Of a DNA stretch of 64,000 bases, positions 62,111 to 64,000 are shown piece after piece. The stretch spans positions 1 through 64,000 of the forward strand of contig JAZDJN010000032.1 in NCBI GenBank assembly GCA_043803945.1. The letters are read 5' to 3'. Both the position numbers and the translations under genes were made by a program. The stretch's first letter is position 1. Each line of letters begins with the position of its first letter. Below the pieces are notes generated by a model. The model saw nothing but the letters and a program-made list of their open reading frames with translations. It was not told the origin of the DNA and searched no databases. Origin of the DNA: a bacterium. GTDB taxonomy: Bacteria; Bacteroidota; Ignavibacteria; UBA10030.

Positions 62111-64000
62111 ATGCCTCCCTTCCACTTTGTTATCAACGGACAGACTCCCCGATCGCTATTCTCTCTCAATGGACTCTGGTTTATTGAACCATCTTTCTCC
62201 GATGTTCCCCCTGAGAAGTATACCCATACTCTCCCTGTACCTTCACTTGTTGATACTGCACGTCCTGAGTACGATTGGTCTCTTGCTACAGGCCATTGGT
62301 ACTGCACGGAGTTCTCCCTTGATGGAATCATACCGGAATCGATCGTCTATCTCAAAATTGAACAGGCGATGTTTGGAACACAGGTGTGGATGAATAGAAC
62401 TTCTGTTGGTGGCAGCATAAGCTGCTACACCTCGCAGGAATATCGTATCGATCACTTGCTGAGTCGAGCAGGACTGAATTCACTGGTCATCAAAGTGGGC
62501 GATCGCGCAACGCTGCCACCAGCAAGTGCCGTCGGCAATGATCAGGAACGGGAATCGTTCATCCCCGGGATCTGGGGTGATATCTGGCTTATTGTGTGTG
62601 GGAGTACACGCGTGGTAGCCACGCAGGTCATTCCACACATTCGAACGACAGAGATTGAAGTGAGACTGACACTCGAACACCTACTTCATAAACCGGGCCG
62701 CAGTTCCGTCGTGATGCGGGTCTTCGAACACCAAGGAGGCAAACAAGTATCGAGCCTTACTATGGAAGAGATTATTATTTCTCCAGGCCTTCACACGCTC
62801 CAACAGAGTGTGCATATAGAGAGAATGGAAGAATGGTCGCCTGAACATCCATTCCTCTACGATCTCACCATCGAGCTGATTGTAGATGGAATTCCCACAG
62901 ACTCACAAACTACACGGTTTGGCATGCGAGAGTTTACTATCGCTGGTGGTGACTTCCATTTGAATGGTAAGAAGATCCTCTTGCGTGGTTCGAACATTGC
63001 TTTCCATCGATTCTTATCTGATCCACAGAGGCAACTCTTGCCGTGGAATATGGAGTGGGTGAAACGTCTGCTCATCGATATTCCAAAAGAGCATCACTTC
63101 AATTTTTTCCGGATCCATCTCGGTCAGGCATACAATCGTTGGTATGATTTGGCTGATGAGTATGGAATCTTGATTCAGAATGAATGGCAGTTTTGGCGGG
63201 CGTCTGGAGAAAAAGAGCAAATTGTCAAGGAGTTTTCCGCTTGGTTGAGGGATAATTGGAACCATCCCAGCATCATTATATGGGATGCATTGAATGAGTG
63301 TATGGAACCACTCATCGAACAAGAAATTATTCCACTTATAAAGGACCTGGATCCGACGAGACCGTGGGAGCCTAATGATCTTAAGGATCATCACGCCTAC
63401 ATTTACTCCTTAGGGCCGATCTTACCAGAGCAACGCTTTGGCTTTTCAGATTCCATTGCCACACTGGAATCTCAAACCTCGCCTACGATCGTCAACGAGT
63501 TTCTCTGGTGGTGGTTAACTGATGAGGGAGAACCCACAGTCCTGATGAACGGTGTTATCGAGCGGTGGCTTGGAAATTCCTGGACACGAGAGAAACTCCT
63601 ACAACATCAGGCGTGGCTTGCGCAGGAACTCATTGAGCTATTCCGGCGCATAGAAGTGGATGCAATTCAACCATTTGCCTATCTCGTTAATGGGAGGGGG
63701 GCCACTGCTCATTGGTTTTTGGGTGATATCGCCGAGCTTCGTCCAAAGCCAATTCTCACAGCGATAAAGAATGCCTTTGATCCATTTGGAGTCAGTATTG
63801 AGCTGTGGGATCGCCACTTCTTCCCTTGTGAGCGCCGTACGATAACTATCCATGTCTTCAATGATTACAGGGAACAAGTATACGGAATACTCGATGTGAG
63901 CTTCGTGGATCAAGGCTCCCGCGAGTTTTTGGTGTACCGACAAGAGATCACTCTTGCTGCCACAACTCATCAAAAAATATCCATCGAACTCCAGTTCCCG
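62111..64000 (+). CDS. GH2 glycoside hydrolase, partial (runs off window; absent from ORF track)
   Basis: Manual translation MPPFHFVINGQ..SLNGLW..LPVP..QAMFGTQVWMN..WSPEHPFLY..FGMREF..F.LNGKKI.LRG.N..DLADEYGILIQNE..NHPSIIIWDALNE. Confidence 0.88.
   Translation, partial: MPPFHFVINGQTPRSLFSLNGLWFIEPSFSDVPPEKYTHTLPVPSLVDTARPEYDWSLATGHWYCTEFSLDGIIPESIVYLKIEQAMFGTQVWMNRTSVGGSISCYTSQEYRIDHLLSRAGLNSLVIKVGDRATLPPASAVGNDQERESFIPGIWGDIWLIVCGSTRVVATQVIPHIRTTEIEVRLTLEHLLHKPGRSSVVMRVFEHQGGKQVSSLTMEEIIISPGLHTLQQSVHIERMEEWSPEHPFLYDLTIELIVDGIPTDSQTTRFGMREFTIAGGDFHLNGKKILLRGSNIAFHRFLSDPQRQLLPWNMEWVKRLLIDIPKEHHFNFFRIHLGQAYNRWYDLADEYGILIQNEWQFWRASGEKEQIVKEFSAWLRDNWNHPSIIIWDALNECMEPLIEQEIIPLIKDLDPTRPWEPNDLKDHHAYIYSLGPILPEQRFGFSDSIATLESQTSPTIVNEFLWWWLTDEGEPTVLMNGVIERWLGNSWTREKLLQHQAWLAQELIELFRRIEVDAIQPFAYLVNGRGATAHWFLGDIAELRPKPILTAIKNAFDPFGVSIELWDRHFFPCERRTITIHVFNDYREQVYGILDVSFVDQGSREFLVYRQEITLAATTHQKISIELQFP

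Overview
Bacterial chromosome segment, most consistent with Ignavibacteriota or a related FCB lineage. This is inferred from T9SS-type 'NYPNPFNPST' tails, Gln after signal peptides, Bacteroidota-type sdhCAB, and canonical TTGACA-N17-TAnnnT promoters. There are three blocks. (1) 1-21.2 kb is core genes: lipoprotein, ftsX, sdhCAB, YbjQ-domain protein, large TPR protein, obgE, BtuC/FecCD permease, MFS transporter, DUF4199-like protein, M28 peptidase, DinG-family helicase and initiator tRNA-Met. Nested REP-like palindromes and degenerate 7/8-mer tracts lie between them. (2) 21.2-43.6 kb is a decayed accessory island next to tRNA-Met. It has degenerate copies of the tRNA 3' end, five internally deleted copies of one rve-type IS with TGT..ACA inverted repeats (one a 227-bp MITE), a pseudo-tRNA-Ser, two AbiE loci (one broken), an RND efflux operon with a truncated TetR, and carbohydrate-enzyme cargo. 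(3) 43.8-64 kb is a LacI-controlled, co-oriented locus predicted to use beta-1,2-glucan (two GH144, an NdvB-like GH94, a GH2 running off the window, two secreted binding-module proteins). It has no susD. Instead it has a TonB receptor + 1099-aa CTD-bearing protein + PorV-like barrel triad, which is the best candidate for an under-described system. All family calls come from motif recognition; no database search was run.
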